A stretch of 64,000 bases of DNA from Tubulanus polymorphus (lineage: Eukaryota > Animalia > Nemertea), in contig NC_134031.1 in the NCBI RefSeq assembly GCF_964204645.1, forward strand, positions 2,294,001 to 2,358,000, given 5' to 3'. Each line of letters begins with the position of its first letter. The first letter of the stretch is position 1. A model generated the notes under the pieces. That model saw nothing but the letters and a program-made list of their open reading frames with translations, was not told the origin of the DNA and searched no databases. Of the stretch, positions 1-13,589 are shown piece by piece. The position numbers and the translations under genes were made by a program.

Positions 1-2
1 CG

Positions 3-653
3 ATCAACCGCGCCGACGCGATTCGATATTTTGTCCTTTACGAGTATGGAGGAGTTTACGCCGATTTGGATATCGTATCGTTACGTTCTTTAAACGATCT
101 GTTGGGCACTCATACGTTCCTCATACCCGAGGACCATCCATTCCATACTCACATCATATTCGGTTTAAATCGTATTCCGTTGAACGCTTTCATGATGTCT
201 ATTCCTAAACACCCGTTTATGAAAGCGGTTATAACTCACTTAGCCGAATATTCCAAAAGGAAGAATATTCTCTACACAGCCGGGCCAATGATGCTCGACT
301 TAGAATTGAGTAGATATGAAGATGTATTGGGCGATAGGAAAGACAATTCACTTTGCGACGCCGTGTATATGGGCAAGTGGCAGAATTTCATACCGCTGTT
401 TTTAGACAACGCCGTCACGATCGCGGCGTTAAAACACAAATGCGGCCGAAAAGACGGCAATCCGCGAAAGTTGAAAGACTGCGACTTTCTACGCGCGAGA
501 AATTTCACGCAGCTCACTCTACCCGATACGGCTTACACTAGACACAAGTTCTCGCACGTCCATGAGGCGAAGACGCGAAAACTGATGTTTCATATAGCGG
601 ACGTGGCCGGTGAATCGTTGAGAAATGTCTCTCAACTGTTAGAGAACATATAG
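3..653 (+). CDS. Glycosyltransferase family 32 (DXD), SUR1/CSH1/OCH1-like; 5'-partial
   Basis: Frame is open from base 3: INRADAIRYFVLYEYGGVYADLD (RxDxxRY...YGGxYxDxD), then NAFMMSIPKHPFM and TAGP motifs; stop TAG at 651-653. Confidence 0.85.
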   Translation: MNRADAIRYFVLYEYGGVYADLDIVSLRSLNDLLGTHTFLIPEDHPFHTHIIFGLNRIPLNAFMMSIPKHPFMKAVITHLAEYSKRKNILYTAGPMMLDLELSRYEDVLGDRKDNSLCDAVYMGKWQNFIPLFLDNAVTIAALKHKCGRKDGNPRKLKDCDFLRARNFTQLTLPDTAYTRHKFSHVHEAKTRKLMFHIADVAGESLRNVSQLLENI

Positions 654-1104
654 ACTGAATCCAAAAGGTGCAAAGCGTTGAGAACGAAATGTCTTATATC
701 TGTCTAGATTATAGGAGCAATATTAGTTCAGCCTATACGCACATATTATAGTCATTTAGTCTCGACCGTGGTAGCAGCCTCTTGGACGGGACGATTTATG
801 CGATACCGCCGAAAGAAGTGACGCCACAAGATAATAATTGCCTTACTGCACCAGGCGCAGTATGTGCAGCCAAAGTTGTAAACAAACTTTTGGTCGAATA
901 TCTTCGTTACGACCAAAAAAAACAGGGTTCAAAATCTTTTATCACAGATATTTGATTTGTTTTATCTTGGAAACAATTCGAGTGAAAAATGAGTACGAAA
1001 AATTATGTATAAATGTTTATTCATCTACTTGGATTTTTCATAAATTGAGTTTTTTTTTTAATTTGAAATTTCAATGAATTAATCATATGTAATGTTGGCT
1101 TCAG

Positions 1105-1258
<154 letters not shown>

Positions 1259-2694
1259 CTCTTTCTGGTAACACGAAGGGCCGTAAATAAGAAATGTATA
1301 AGAATGCGTTGACCGTGTTAATCTTTTTCTATCGAATGCAATCCTTAAATCGCCGCTCAAAATCATAAAAGAAGGTATTTGGAAAGTTCTAAATTCCAGC
1401 GCTTGATATCACGAAAGTTCGGTTACGCTCTGCACGGTTTTCAGCGAATTTGATTGTTCTATATTTAACCATGTATCAATAAAAGGTCTATTCATTTGGC
1501 GTTGTATTCAATGAATATCCTTAAACTGAATATATAAATGTTTTCATTGTATCGACTATGAACAATATGGATCAACGCTTCATACCGCACCTTGACCGTA
1601 GGAACTTGTTGTGACAACGAGAAGGTCAAAATCCTTAGTAAACAAAATCTTTTTCATTCAATCAAGCTTATGCAAATAGATCAAATGTCACGTCAGGTTG
1701 CCGATGATTATTTGTAATTGCTGTCGGTAATTGTAAATGTAATTGATGACGGCGCATGTAACTAATAAGAACAACTATTCGGTTTCTAAGGCGGAGTCGA
1801 AAGATCTCATTATTGTGATGATTATAAGAGGATGTCATGCATTTCTAACACAAAAATGATAGATAATAATTTGAAGGTATGAATAGTAACTTTTTAAACT
1901 ATATTCCATATTTCGATGTATTCATTTTGTATTTCACGTCAATGTTCACGTTTTATGGCGAGTTCATTGACCTGAGTTCCTGCTGTTTCGGACAAGACAA
2001 CGCGCTATAGTCATGTCTGTTTCGAAAGCATTTACTCGTCGTGAAACTGTTCATGTATAAAGCAACAGCAATGGACAACAGCTAGTTAACAATATCAGAT
2101 TGAATTGTTTCAAATGGTTTTAACGTAACTTAATGATCTACGGTGAAAATGTAAATTCGTTTTATTCAAGCTTCTTTTATTAAATTGTAATATAAAGACA
2201 AAATAAATTGCGTTTTGTTACGAATATGTTTTACTCAGATTTATGTGAACGAGTGGAAATGGAATCATATTTTGAAAGTTCATTCTGAGTTCAAAGATGG
2301 ACGTTGCGCACGTTGGGCCTCTGAGATACCCTACTGCCCTCAACGCAGGGTATGCTGCAGGCTTGACCCACCTCATCAGACATTCGACATCTTATCATTC
2401 ATTACTCGTCCATCCATTATACTTGGTGATCTTTCACCTCTTACATATTTTTTAAAATTAACAAACAAATGGACCACAAACAGTATCAGATATTCAAATC
2501 GATTCTTATTTGTAACGCTTTAATAGGACGAATAAGTACATTCGTACTTGCCCACTTTACCAACGAATATAAACTCATTTTGTATTTTTGCATTTGACAT
2601 TTTCATTCATAGTAACAACATATACAATCTATTACCTACGTGATTTATTTCATTCATTTTAGATGATGGCACAGTTTGCTTTCATATCGCATCG

Positions 2695-5600
2695 TCAAAA
2701 TCTATGTTCGTTTGTTTTCTCGGGATTTTCGACTGCGGCGGCTTTTTTCTTCCGTTTACGACTGACTATCAGCGCCGAAAATGTGAACAAAATCGGATTG
2801 AGGGCGGAGTTTATCGGCAACACGATTATAGCCATAAAAACCGCTACATCGGGAATTATAGAAACGCCGCTCATCGATACGAACTTCGTCAAAATGATCG
2901 GAATCCAACACATGAAATCGGTGCCTAAAATCAGCACGAGTTTCTTAACGAGAGTCATTTCCTTCGATTTCGACGCCGCGCACGATTTTCCGACCGATGA
3001 CGACGATTTTCTGTATATGCAGTAAATGATGACGTACGACGTTCCTATGAACAGAAACGAAAGCAGATTGAAAATCAACAAGCACAGCGAAAATTCCAAA
3101 GCGACCTCTAAACCGTGAGTGATCGTGAACGGCAGGCAAACGCTGTTGCGACCGTAGTAATTGCGGAAATAGCCGATATCGAAAATAGGCAGAACCGCTA
3201 GAAAAAACCAGAATATCCAACCGAAAGTGACCGCAAGTACAGAGCCTTTGTAAGACATGTGAAGTTGTTTGTGAAATGGAAAAACTATGCACAGAACTCG
3301 ATCCACGGTCAACAGCACCATGGTGTATACAGACATCTGACTGGACAGAACGGACACCGCCCCTGTTAGTTTACAACCCAAACCCAATCTCCATCCCACC
3401 GACTCGTTTATGTAGTCGTCACGTGTTAGGGTGTCTTTGACGGCGATCACTATCAGATAAACGCCCATCAAAATGTCGGAAATGGCCAGTATTAAAACTA
3501 GAAAATTGGTGATACTAGTATTCCTACTTTTGTTATTGTCTCTGCACCTGCAGACGATTACGAGGGCGTTTCCGACTAGAGCGCTGATACCTAGAAACCA
3601 AACGGCGATCTGTAAAAATCTCGAATCGAGAAGATGTTTACAGGACGAAAATCCGTCGCCGCGTGGAGTACACCAATCCGAATTACCAAGCGCCAAGCAG
3701 CAGATATTGAAATAATCAGCGTAAAGCTTATTCAGAGAAACGTCCTTAAACGCCGTTTTACTCATTAAGAACCCGGGACCTGATTTCAGTCGCATGTCGA
3801 AGATTTTCAATTTCGACAACCTTTCGAACGGACGCTTTGGTTGAATTTGCCGGAGTCGTTTGTTGTTACTCATATTGAGGTATACCAGACTAGTCAGGTC
3901 GTAGAACGCCCTATTCTGAATTTCAGAAAGATGATTATCTGCAATATGAAGGTATCGTAATCGCCGCAGTCCTGAAAAGAAATGATCGCGGACGTATGTT
4001 AACTTATTTCCACGCAAATCTAAGTCGAATAAGTTTAACAGATCCACAAATGAACCCTCGGGTATATCACCAATACGGTTAAAACTGAGATCGAGTCTGC
4101 CTAATTTATCCATTTTACTAAAAGTCCTGTTTACCACGGTGGTGATATTGTTCTTTTTAAGAAAGAGACCTCGCACGCGTTTGATTAAGCCGGTTAAGTT
4201 GATGAGACCGGCTCCGGTGCAGTCGACGATGTGTCCTCGGCAAAAACATCGGTGCGGACAGCGATCGCAGAACCGCTCGTCATCACCCGATTGACTACAG
4301 TCGCGTACACCGTCACAAACACGCTCCTGAGTGATACACAGCCCCTCACGAGGACACATTAACAGCCCGGGACAGAGCGGCAGCGCTTTACAATCGAGCT
4401 CTTCGTGCCCGTCCACACAGTCCCACTTACCATCGCAGACGGCGACGTAAGGAATACAATACGAGTTCGGACATTTGAACAAACCCGGACAAGTGAATCC
4501 TTTACAGTTTATCAAATGAGACAACCTCGGACAGCCGAGGTCTCTTTTATCATATACACAGATTCGATCCCGTGCTATGCAATTCGGCCGGTGCGGCTGG
4601 CACCTGATTTCGTTTTCATTCGGGCAGAAAGTATCGTTGTCCCATCGTTCGTCGTCTCTATAATCCGGACAATCGATCAGTCCGTCGTTGACCTTTTCTG
4701 AGGCGACGCAGCGGCCCGATTGACAACGGAATCCGTTACACTTCTGCGCGCAGGCGTTAACGCTTTCGTCGCTGCGATCGATACAATCGATAACGGAATC
4801 GCAGATTCTATCTAAACCTATACAATCACCGTTTGCGCATTTCCATTCGGTATTCGGGTCACATTCTCGAGAGGCACAACTCGAGTCACCGTCATCGCAA
4901 TATCTATTCAACGAGGCGACGCGAACCTGGCTTTCGTTAATGAATGAATAGTTTTGCCATTTTTCGCAGTCGATCTCGTCCGATCCGTCCGGGCAATTGC
5001 GGTCTCCTTCGCACACGTAAAAATCGGGAATGCACGTGCGATCCGCGCATTTAAACTGATTCATCCCGCATTCTGAATTTTTCTTAGTCGCTTTACTGAA
5101 ACACAAGACGTTAAGCTTCAAATTGCCAGGGCGAATGATTGTAATAGACATTTCGACACGCGGCACCAGTTTGTCACCATATTGGCGTCGATGCGTGGGT
5201 AAAGTTACGCTTTGAAACGCGAGATACGTTACCGAGCTAACATCGCGTATCCATATCGCGTTGCTGCTAGGACGATAGAGCCATAGATTCATCAGCGAGG
5301 TTAACCTATCAAGCAATAACTTTCTCGATGACGATATTTCGCCGCCGACTGCTTCGCATTTTGGTAAAGCTTCATCGTAATTGTAACCAGATCGACTCGT
5401 AATGAGGCGCGTACATGTGCCGTTAAGAAGTGACTGTGCACAAGTATCCGAACGAACGAATGTCCAGCCTGGTTTACAGCCGGTGAAGCTTCCGTCTAGA
5501 CGGATGAGTTGATGCTGTTTTGTATTATTGTAAGCGCTAGTTTTACAAACGTAGCTGACATTTTTCATCCGGCGAGTACACGGTACTTTGAACCAGTTCG

Positions 5601-8600
5601 TCCTCGAATACAGTCTCGAAACGGCCATTGCGACGCATCGAGCGCTGTAGGAACCATCGGGCTGGTCGACGGTCGAGTTGATAAAGTCTGGCTTACTTTC
5701 ACCGAAACTGACATGGTTCTCCGAAGGTTTGGCTTCGTACCATTCACCGAATACGTAAGGACGCCCGTCCAACCACTGGAAATCGTTGATCTAAGATGGA
5801 AATGAAAATGTGCTTGTTTATTTTGAAGATTAATGGTTAGGAATACAGAATACGTCCCTAGAACTAGAAAGCTTTCGTATGTTTTCGATGAAGATTGATG
5901 CTGGCTTGGTGCTCTGCAAAAAAAATTAAATTCTTATTACCTGATCTTTATCGTGTAGACCAATAAAAACAATAGGACTGTGTTTAGTGATGCCCGAATC
6001 GTTAGGACGACGAAAAGTTTTCCACATTTCTGGCCACCAAAACGAACGCCACATTTTCATCAAATAGTGCATTTCATCACCATCCGTAATGCTGACTAAT
6101 GTCGCTTCTGCGTCCTTGCATTTCTGCGCTGCCGCTTCCCAGCTCAGTGACTGATTATAAACGTCAATGGCCGTCTAAAACGAAATTGCACGAATCCGAT
6201 AGATTTTCATTAAAGGTAGTTACGGCTACATTGAGTTGATATTTAATGCTATCAAAACTAAACCGCTTTGGGTTTGGTAAACTTGGGTTAGCTTACTTGA
6301 TACTAAACTGTCTATTGAGTCAACCCCTATAAAACTGATCTCTAGCCGATTTATTGATCAACAGAGGAACTCGAATCTAACTTACCGCGTAAAGATAGCA
6401 CGAACTTCTCCAGTAGAAAAACCTCGGTGGACACACCGTCGAATCAGTTCGCAGCTTCAATGGTTTTGCTTCGTTTTTTATTAGTTTATATCCCAATTGC
6501 AGCCAGCTATAATTAGATTCGATTTGAAATGCGACTCGAGTCGTTCGAACGACGAGGCTTTGCTGTTGTTTGTAGTACAGTCGCGGGAAAGCGCCGTTTA
6601 TGACTTTGGTTAGCGGCAGCGATTCACGAATCAAACACAGGTTGTCGGTAATTGTCGTTTGAATCAAATCGAAATTCGATGAGATCGTTATTTCGTAAAA
6701 CTCCATCGTTTTGGGAATCTCTGAACACAGCGATAACGACCTGTATTCAACTCTATACCAGATAGCCGAACGTGAACTCAAGTCTGGCGACGTGAACAGT
6801 CCCGTGTTGATCCTCGCAGATTTCCAAACATTCTCCGGAGATCCTCGATTCAATGTCCCGCATTCAGATGATTGCAAATCTATCCTATAATTAACCGGGA
6901 CCAGCTCGTCGCACTTTTGAAGGTTGACTAACAAAGCTACACGATTTCGGGATTCCTTACAATAGATACGGGTGATACTGTAAACATGGCTTAAACTAAA
7001 TCTAACCTTGTTTATGGAGTGCTTATCGTTATTCATCATGAGATTATACGCACAACGGGGATCTATATTTTCTATTTTTGAATAATTCATCTGTATTATG
7101 CTATTTTTTACGGTAGTTATTCCTGGATCGAGGACAAGCAGGGATTTGTTAGAAAATGGTAGCGCGATCGTCGCTCGATTCGAACTGAAAGTAGGTCTTA
7201 TAAACCAGCCTCTGAAAACCGATACATTTAGGCGCGCGAGTATTTCGCTTGCATTCGGTTTGTTGTTTCTGTCGTACGAGAACCAGATCATGTTCAAACA
7301 ATTCGACGTTACGGAGACATTCGGAGACTTCCTAACCCCGATTTGCCCGATAAACTGATATCGATGATCAGCCGGGAAATAGCACGGCTCCAAAACGAAC
7401 CCGCCGTTTTGAAAATCTATATCCGAATGCCCGTACGAAATTTTGATAAGATTTCCCGATAAATATCGGGGTTGGAATTTGATAGCCGTATAAAATGGTG
7501 TATATTTTATCACCCAGGAATAAGTATAGGGTTCGTTATAGTCGTGGTGCGCATCACCGCCGATTTCTAAACAAAGATATGTCAGAGAGAATTTTTCGAG
7601 CTTCGTTGAGTTTTCAGGCGTCACTGTTAGCCGTACTAATTCGTAAAATCGATCGGATACATCTTTACTGTTCGATACAGAAACAACTCGCCCGATCGGA
7701 CATACGATAAAAAATGCGTAAGTTACGTAACTAAACGAAATTCGATCATTTACCGGTGAATACGTGTACGAGTTCGTGGATCCGGTCAAAATCGTGAAAT
7801 TGTAGTACATCGTTTCAGAGCTGTTTCGCGGCCTTATTTCGAAGCTACAGTTAAAACCCGGTCGGGAAAAGCTCTCATCCGTCACGAATTGCAAAGTCAT
7901 ATTCGCATCTCGAACTGATTGCTTTAAATACCCGCTCAATTGACCACAGAATCTGCCAAGTTCTTTTCCGCCAGTGTACACGGTCAGCGAATCGGCGAAA
8001 CAGCCTTCCGACTGTTCCAGATCGAAGTCATGACAGTAAAGAACGATATCGAAAGTTGTAAGTTGACTGACGATTGAATGTTGCGTGCTTAATAACGTCG
8101 GATAGGTGTGATAACCGTAAAACGGCGTATTTACGAAAAGGAGAGTTTCATCGATGACGGATTCAGATAATTTGTAGTCGGACAGCGAAAACGAACAGTT
8201 GTAACGGTTAACGAATAGAACAACTGTTTCAGGCGACCCGCTGCCTGTTGGTAAACGCAAACCGAATTCACTTTCTTTGTCACCTTTTTCTAAGCAAAAT
8301 CGTTTTTTCTTCCCGTCTAATTCGACAGAAATATCATTGGCTCGCGTAAGTCCAGCCCGCCCTTCTTCATTCGTAGTTATTTCCACAATTTCAAGCGTAT
8401 GTTTATGGCCGGCATTCCCGGCACTGGCCAGGTAAGTCAGTTCCATATTCGCATTTGTGTAGCTGATTATATGAACGACTTCGGCGCTCGGTCGATTCGT
8501 GGATTGCAGTCGATCCAAGCGAAGAATTCCGTGCTCATTCGGTTCGACGCGCACGAAGTTCATCGACGCCGAATCCACACTCGATGTTTGCAACATCGTC

Positions 8601-8629
8601 AAAATGTACACGAATGACAACAAATACAT
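2695..8629 (-). CDS. GRL101-like leucine-rich-repeat GPCR with CUB, C-type lectin and LDLa ectodomain (~1857 aa, 3 exons)
   Basis: Exons 8629-6386, 6174-5941 (missing from ORF track) and 5790-2695, joined by phase-0 GT-AG introns. Signal peptide; CUB (FDLE..GC..DSL..GRFCG..MTLQFVTD); CTLD split over all three exons (SCY|..SWEAAAQKC..FIGLHD|..FQWLDG..QPD..WFKVPC); second degenerate CTLD; ~6 LDLa; LRRNT plus ~6 LRR; 7TM with LAISD, TVDR, PINSALNPILF. Confidence 0.9.
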
Positions 8630-9783
8630 ATCGAAATTTTATCCGAAAAAATAAGGTTAATTCAAAATGGCTTTCTTCGATTTAATTACTCGTCGCTCGT
8701 ATCCTCTTCGAAGGCTCGTCTAATCCGACAATTAGGATAAAATCATTTTAGAAAACAGCAACGACCAACCCTCGATTCAGCCAGGCCTTATCGTCCAACC
8801 TTATCACGACGAAAGCACAAAAATGTTCGAAGAATATATTCAATATGCGGAATGCAGTGATGTACACGTCGTGTTAGCTAAAATACCTCCGTGCAAATGA
8901 AACAGTTGGAACGAAAAATTGAATCTGTATTTGAATAAATATTTATTTAAGAGAATGATCTACATCAACAACGTTTCACGTCCTATATGCAGATTACAAG
9001 TGTATATTCTACTAATTGGAAATGCGTTTCATCTGTCCATATCACGAAATGACTATTTACATATCATTTGATGGCGTGGTGTCCTCCGAGGCTTACAGCC
9101 ATAAATCGGTAATATCGACTTTACGAAATAACTTCATATTAAGCTCATCGTGTCTTGTAAAGTTGTATTTCTGCTTTATCATTCGTATAACTTGAACTCA
9201 TAGTCAGGGTCCCCGAATAAATGACCGGATATGTGGAACACGCTGGCAGGTCGAGAATTTCGACCAGCCCAGTACTATGGAATAAATTGCTCGACTATGA
9301 AACCGTTGGTCATGTGACTTGTTGCTTGATTTGAAATGTTCGCAACAAGGCCGTACCGGAATTTCCAGATATTTATACAATAAAGATGTATCCAATATAG
9401 ATGCTCGCAAGAATTGGAGAAAACATTTCGTGGAAGTTTGATTCACTATTACACAAACATTGGCAATTGAAAAATTTGTTAGAATTATGAGCCTTTGAAT
9501 GAGACGAGAAATGATTTAAGTTGAATCATCGGGAACTAATGCTCTTACCTCACCAGCGACCAGTGGATATATTTGTAAACGAGTGATATCAAGAACAACG
9601 AAATGATCAGCCAGTTTGATTGATATTTTCATTTCGTGAACTCTGAGCCGTACAGGATCTGTAAACGGCAACCTTATTCGTACGTATTCGCAGTCAAGTT
9701 TAAGAAACATTACCATTATTCAATTATTCAACATATTTCATCATTTACCGTAAACCAACTTTATTTTCACCGTTGTTACAATT

Positions 9784-12700
9784 CTATTGGCAACGGAAAA
9801 TGATATCATCGAGTGCGATATCGCTTAATTTTCCAGGTCCTCTTGTGGCCAAAAATTTCACCTATAAGATAAACGGGTATTTGCTAAGCCCATGGTTTCT
9901 CCGTGACACGTAAACAATGATATGACATATTCGATATGATACAAAAATGATTCTCATTACGAAAAGTTGTTACAGAATCTTGGAGGGGGCCACAGAGGAG
10001 ACGGCTGTAATCTTTATGACACATAAACCATTAAGTCCTCGTAACACAATAACCTCGTGTGATGTGTAAATTTTATTATTGTTTTAATCAGTTTTGAATT
10101 TATGAAGGCATTAACATGTTTACTTACTTTGATTAATCCGGCCGGCAGCGGAATGTTTCGTACGTTCCAATAATTTCCCTTATCACCAGATTCCTCAAAT
10201 ACCTTGTTATCATTTAGGAATACTTCTAGTGAACCCATAGTCGACCCGTACATATGGTACCAAAAGTTCATACTACAACTCCACCCGTCCTTGATCGTTA
10301 GACTATTTTCCAATGTGCCAATGCAGCCTTCTGGCATGTAAGAAGCTTCCATATAGACGTAATGACCTGTAGAAAACACAAACACAAATAGATATTGTAA
10401 AAGTGATTTGGAATAATTTCGATACATTCTGAGCGTTTTTTGTCATTTTCTTTTGGTCATTGCATATATTAAAATTTATCCTCCTCCTGTCGCATCACTG
10501 GAACCTTGATTTTAGCCAAATCTTACTCCCAGACTTAATTTAGAAACAAACTCTAATTACTTCATTCATTACTCTCGAACTAAAATCGTATACATTGATT
10601 GTTTAAAAGATCAACGTTTCAAAATTTATAGTAAATGATGCTTTAGTAAGATCCTGGGGAAGGTAATTTTTCTAGCACCCAACGCCCATCTAGATCTGCG
10701 CCGGGATTGGTCTGTCACTTTGTAATAATTTTCGAATTGAAATTGAACGAATGAAAAATTGAATAATAGACCATCGAAGTTGCACAAACGACAATTGATC
10801 TTAGGCCGTACCAGTCATATTCAGTATTTATGGATAATATATACGTACCTCGCCAATCGCCGATAGTATGGTCTCCAGGATCGGGTCCTGAAAACCAGGT
10901 TCGGGTAGTACCAAATTTCAATTCGAAATTTAAACTTTTCCACGAGCCCATCCCATTTTCAAAAGCGGTACTCGGAAATCCAACATTGCCTTGAATATAA
11001 TCGGAAGAAATTGATATAAAAGTAGATTTGGAGTATTTTATGAAAAATTGAAGTCATCCATCATTACCAGCACATTCGTCCGGGCTACAAATCTCGTATT
11101 CTTCTTGGATACCGTATCCATTGCTGATAGGACAATTTGAGTTCTTAAAACAAAATCGTTGTCTCGTCTTAATATCGCATCTGATAACGCAGTTGATCGC
11201 AGTCCAAGGCGACCACGGGGTCACACCTTTTGACACATCTGTATACAAAATGCAAAATCATCAAGATGAAAAGTGAATCAGTAATGAATTTATCAATTCA
11301 ATAATTCAAACTTGAAAGAAATTAATTGTATTGAAAAAAAGCGTTTCATACCAGTTTCACAGGAGTACAGCATATTGATTCCTATAATATCTAACTCGCT
11401 CAGTCGTTCTCGCTGCCCAATTACTGTGTTCGGGTCTCCTTTCACTTCTATACTTGAATTACCATCGAACCTTATATTAGGGTAGTGCATGATGCTGTCG
11501 TAGTCGTAGTTTAGTTCTTACGTATCCGAATATTTTTTTATCAAGTATTGGCTCTTCAACTCTCGAAACGAAAAATAGAAAAAGTAGGTTGATTCCCGAT
11601 GACCAAGTATTGAGATTTTGAGAAATACTTTACTCAAGGTATAATATGATAAATTTTAAAAGCTTCATTGGATCTTACAGAAATCCCTTCTTATCATGTA
11701 ATACTTACCATCTTTTATGTTTTTCATGAGAACATTGACATAATCATCGCGGTCGGGTCTGACGTGTTCATGGAAGAATCCTACAAGTGTCAATGATTAT
11801 AGAAAACAAAGCGTATTGGAAATTGTATAGTTCGAAAGGGTGACATTGAAAATGACGAAACTAGCTTTCCATTTAGTAGTGTACTTTAGAGACTATTCAA
11901 AACAATCAATTGACCCAGAACAGCTCCCCCTCCCTCAGAAAAATATCTCAGCGTCAAATATAAGACCTACAAAAAAATGACTTGGAAAGTGGGTATTGTT
12001 TTTGATTTGATATTCATTTATTTATTCCTCGATTGAATTCCTTTTGAATACGTACCCAATACGTGCATTAGCTCGTGCATTACGTTACCCACTTGACAAA
12101 ATTCACCAATCTGCACTTGTTGTTCCCCTCCCGCTCTGCCGAGTTCACTAGCGCATATGCTGTAAAAAGGAACCAAGATCATTTTCATTTCGCGTCATCA
12201 TTAGAATGTATCACACGAATGAATGCACTTGATACAAATATAAAACTTTGTTCTAGAGTTCCCGACTACGGAAGTGTCCTGAGGACATCATTTAAGAAGA
12301 TATGAAAAATAGATTTTATGTCTTAGTTATATATCAACATCAAATCATCTAAGGTTTGTTAAACTTTGACGATTTGATGTTGATGAGTTATTACTATGAC
12401 GTCACTATACATTTACCTTTGCGATCTACGAATTCCCGCATTCCCGTTTCCTACTATGCCAACGGTGAATTTTTGAGCGGGTGTATTCGATAATAATTTA
12501 CCTTTCATTAGTCCAAAACTCAATGTAATCTACATGGTCGGCGTTCTTTGGTACAAATGTGATACACGTGTTCGTTTGAATATACGTCATAGCTTCATTA
12601 ATTCGCGATTTCATAGTTTCTGTAGCAAAAAAAGTAAATATACAAATATAAAAGAGGCCACTCTCTTTCTCTCCTCTTTCTGACTACTCTAACATAAGAT

Positions 12701-13589
12701 AATGCCTTCGCATTAGTAGATAAAGGGCTTACCATTGACGTGATCGTGAAACCTGTACGGAATGACACGATCCATCCAAAGATCTTCTCTGAAGGATAGG
12801 GCAGACCGTTTTTTACGATTGTTTGGATTGGTTGGATTGTTTGGATTGTTTGGATTGTCAATTATGTCTCCCTCGATGATCTTCCTGCCGTCATCTAAAA
12901 CCCCAAACACACATACAAAACTATATATAGTTTAAACGTCCACTATTTTCCAGATACAAATTATGTTCAGTCATCTGCGCCTCACTGAACAGACTGGAAT
13001 TGGCAAAATTACTAGAAATGTAGCCAGGCTTGTGTGGATACGGATTTCAGAGGTCTAAACTGATGACTACAATTCGCTATTGGTTAATATTTTCACATGG
13101 AACCTTAGTTTCAGTGGTGTATCGCTATCGCGACTCCTGTGGTTCACGCGAGCTCTTAGAACACGCAGTATACGGAGCGCCGTGAACCGGCCACTCTCAG
13201 GACTTGGTGAAATAACATTACGCCAAAATAATTCTGAACAACTTTTGAGCTTCCTACAAAAATCATTGGTAAATTAGTCTATTGTAAATAGTAAAGCTAT
13301 CTATCAATGAACCACTTGAAATAAGTAATTCATTGAATGATTTTTTTAGTACGGAGTTCTTTTTTAGTTTAAAATCGGGTAACTTCTCGATCTATTCTTG
13401 CTATATTTCATTAACTCATTAATGATATTATGATTATCATATTCGCGTACATGTTAACAACAGTAAAATATACTTGCCCATGGTAGTGTTTTCTGGGTAA
13501 GGGGGCACCAGAATAGGGGCAGATAAACTCGATGAGATCATCATCATTAGACGCATGATGAATATCAACAACACGGTTATCTTTATCAT
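9784..13589 (-). pseudogene. Astacin (M12A) metalloprotease-TSP1-MAM, copy 1, with premature stop
   Basis: Ten phase-compatible exons: 13589-13478, 12894-12733, 12619-12502, 12159-12056, 11780-11709, 11561-11352, 11238-11068, 10989-10849, 10366-10128, 9861-9784 (469 codons). HELMHVLGFFHEHVRPDRD zinc motif, SIMHY Met-turn. TAA at 11520-11518 where copies 2 and 3 have TAC. Confidence 0.8.

Noticed and set aside
2663-8617. Plus-strand ORFs over the LGR gene, and similar overlapping ORFs on the ASB, GPCR and transposon genes
   Set aside because: Antisense or alternate-frame shadows of real coding sequence with no motifs.
9516-9716. Conserved small ORF after each astacin gene (also 15362-15637, 22196-22378)
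   Set aside because: Similarity is explained by duplicated 3' flanking DNA; starts, lengths and ends differ and it follows the stop codon and AATAAA.
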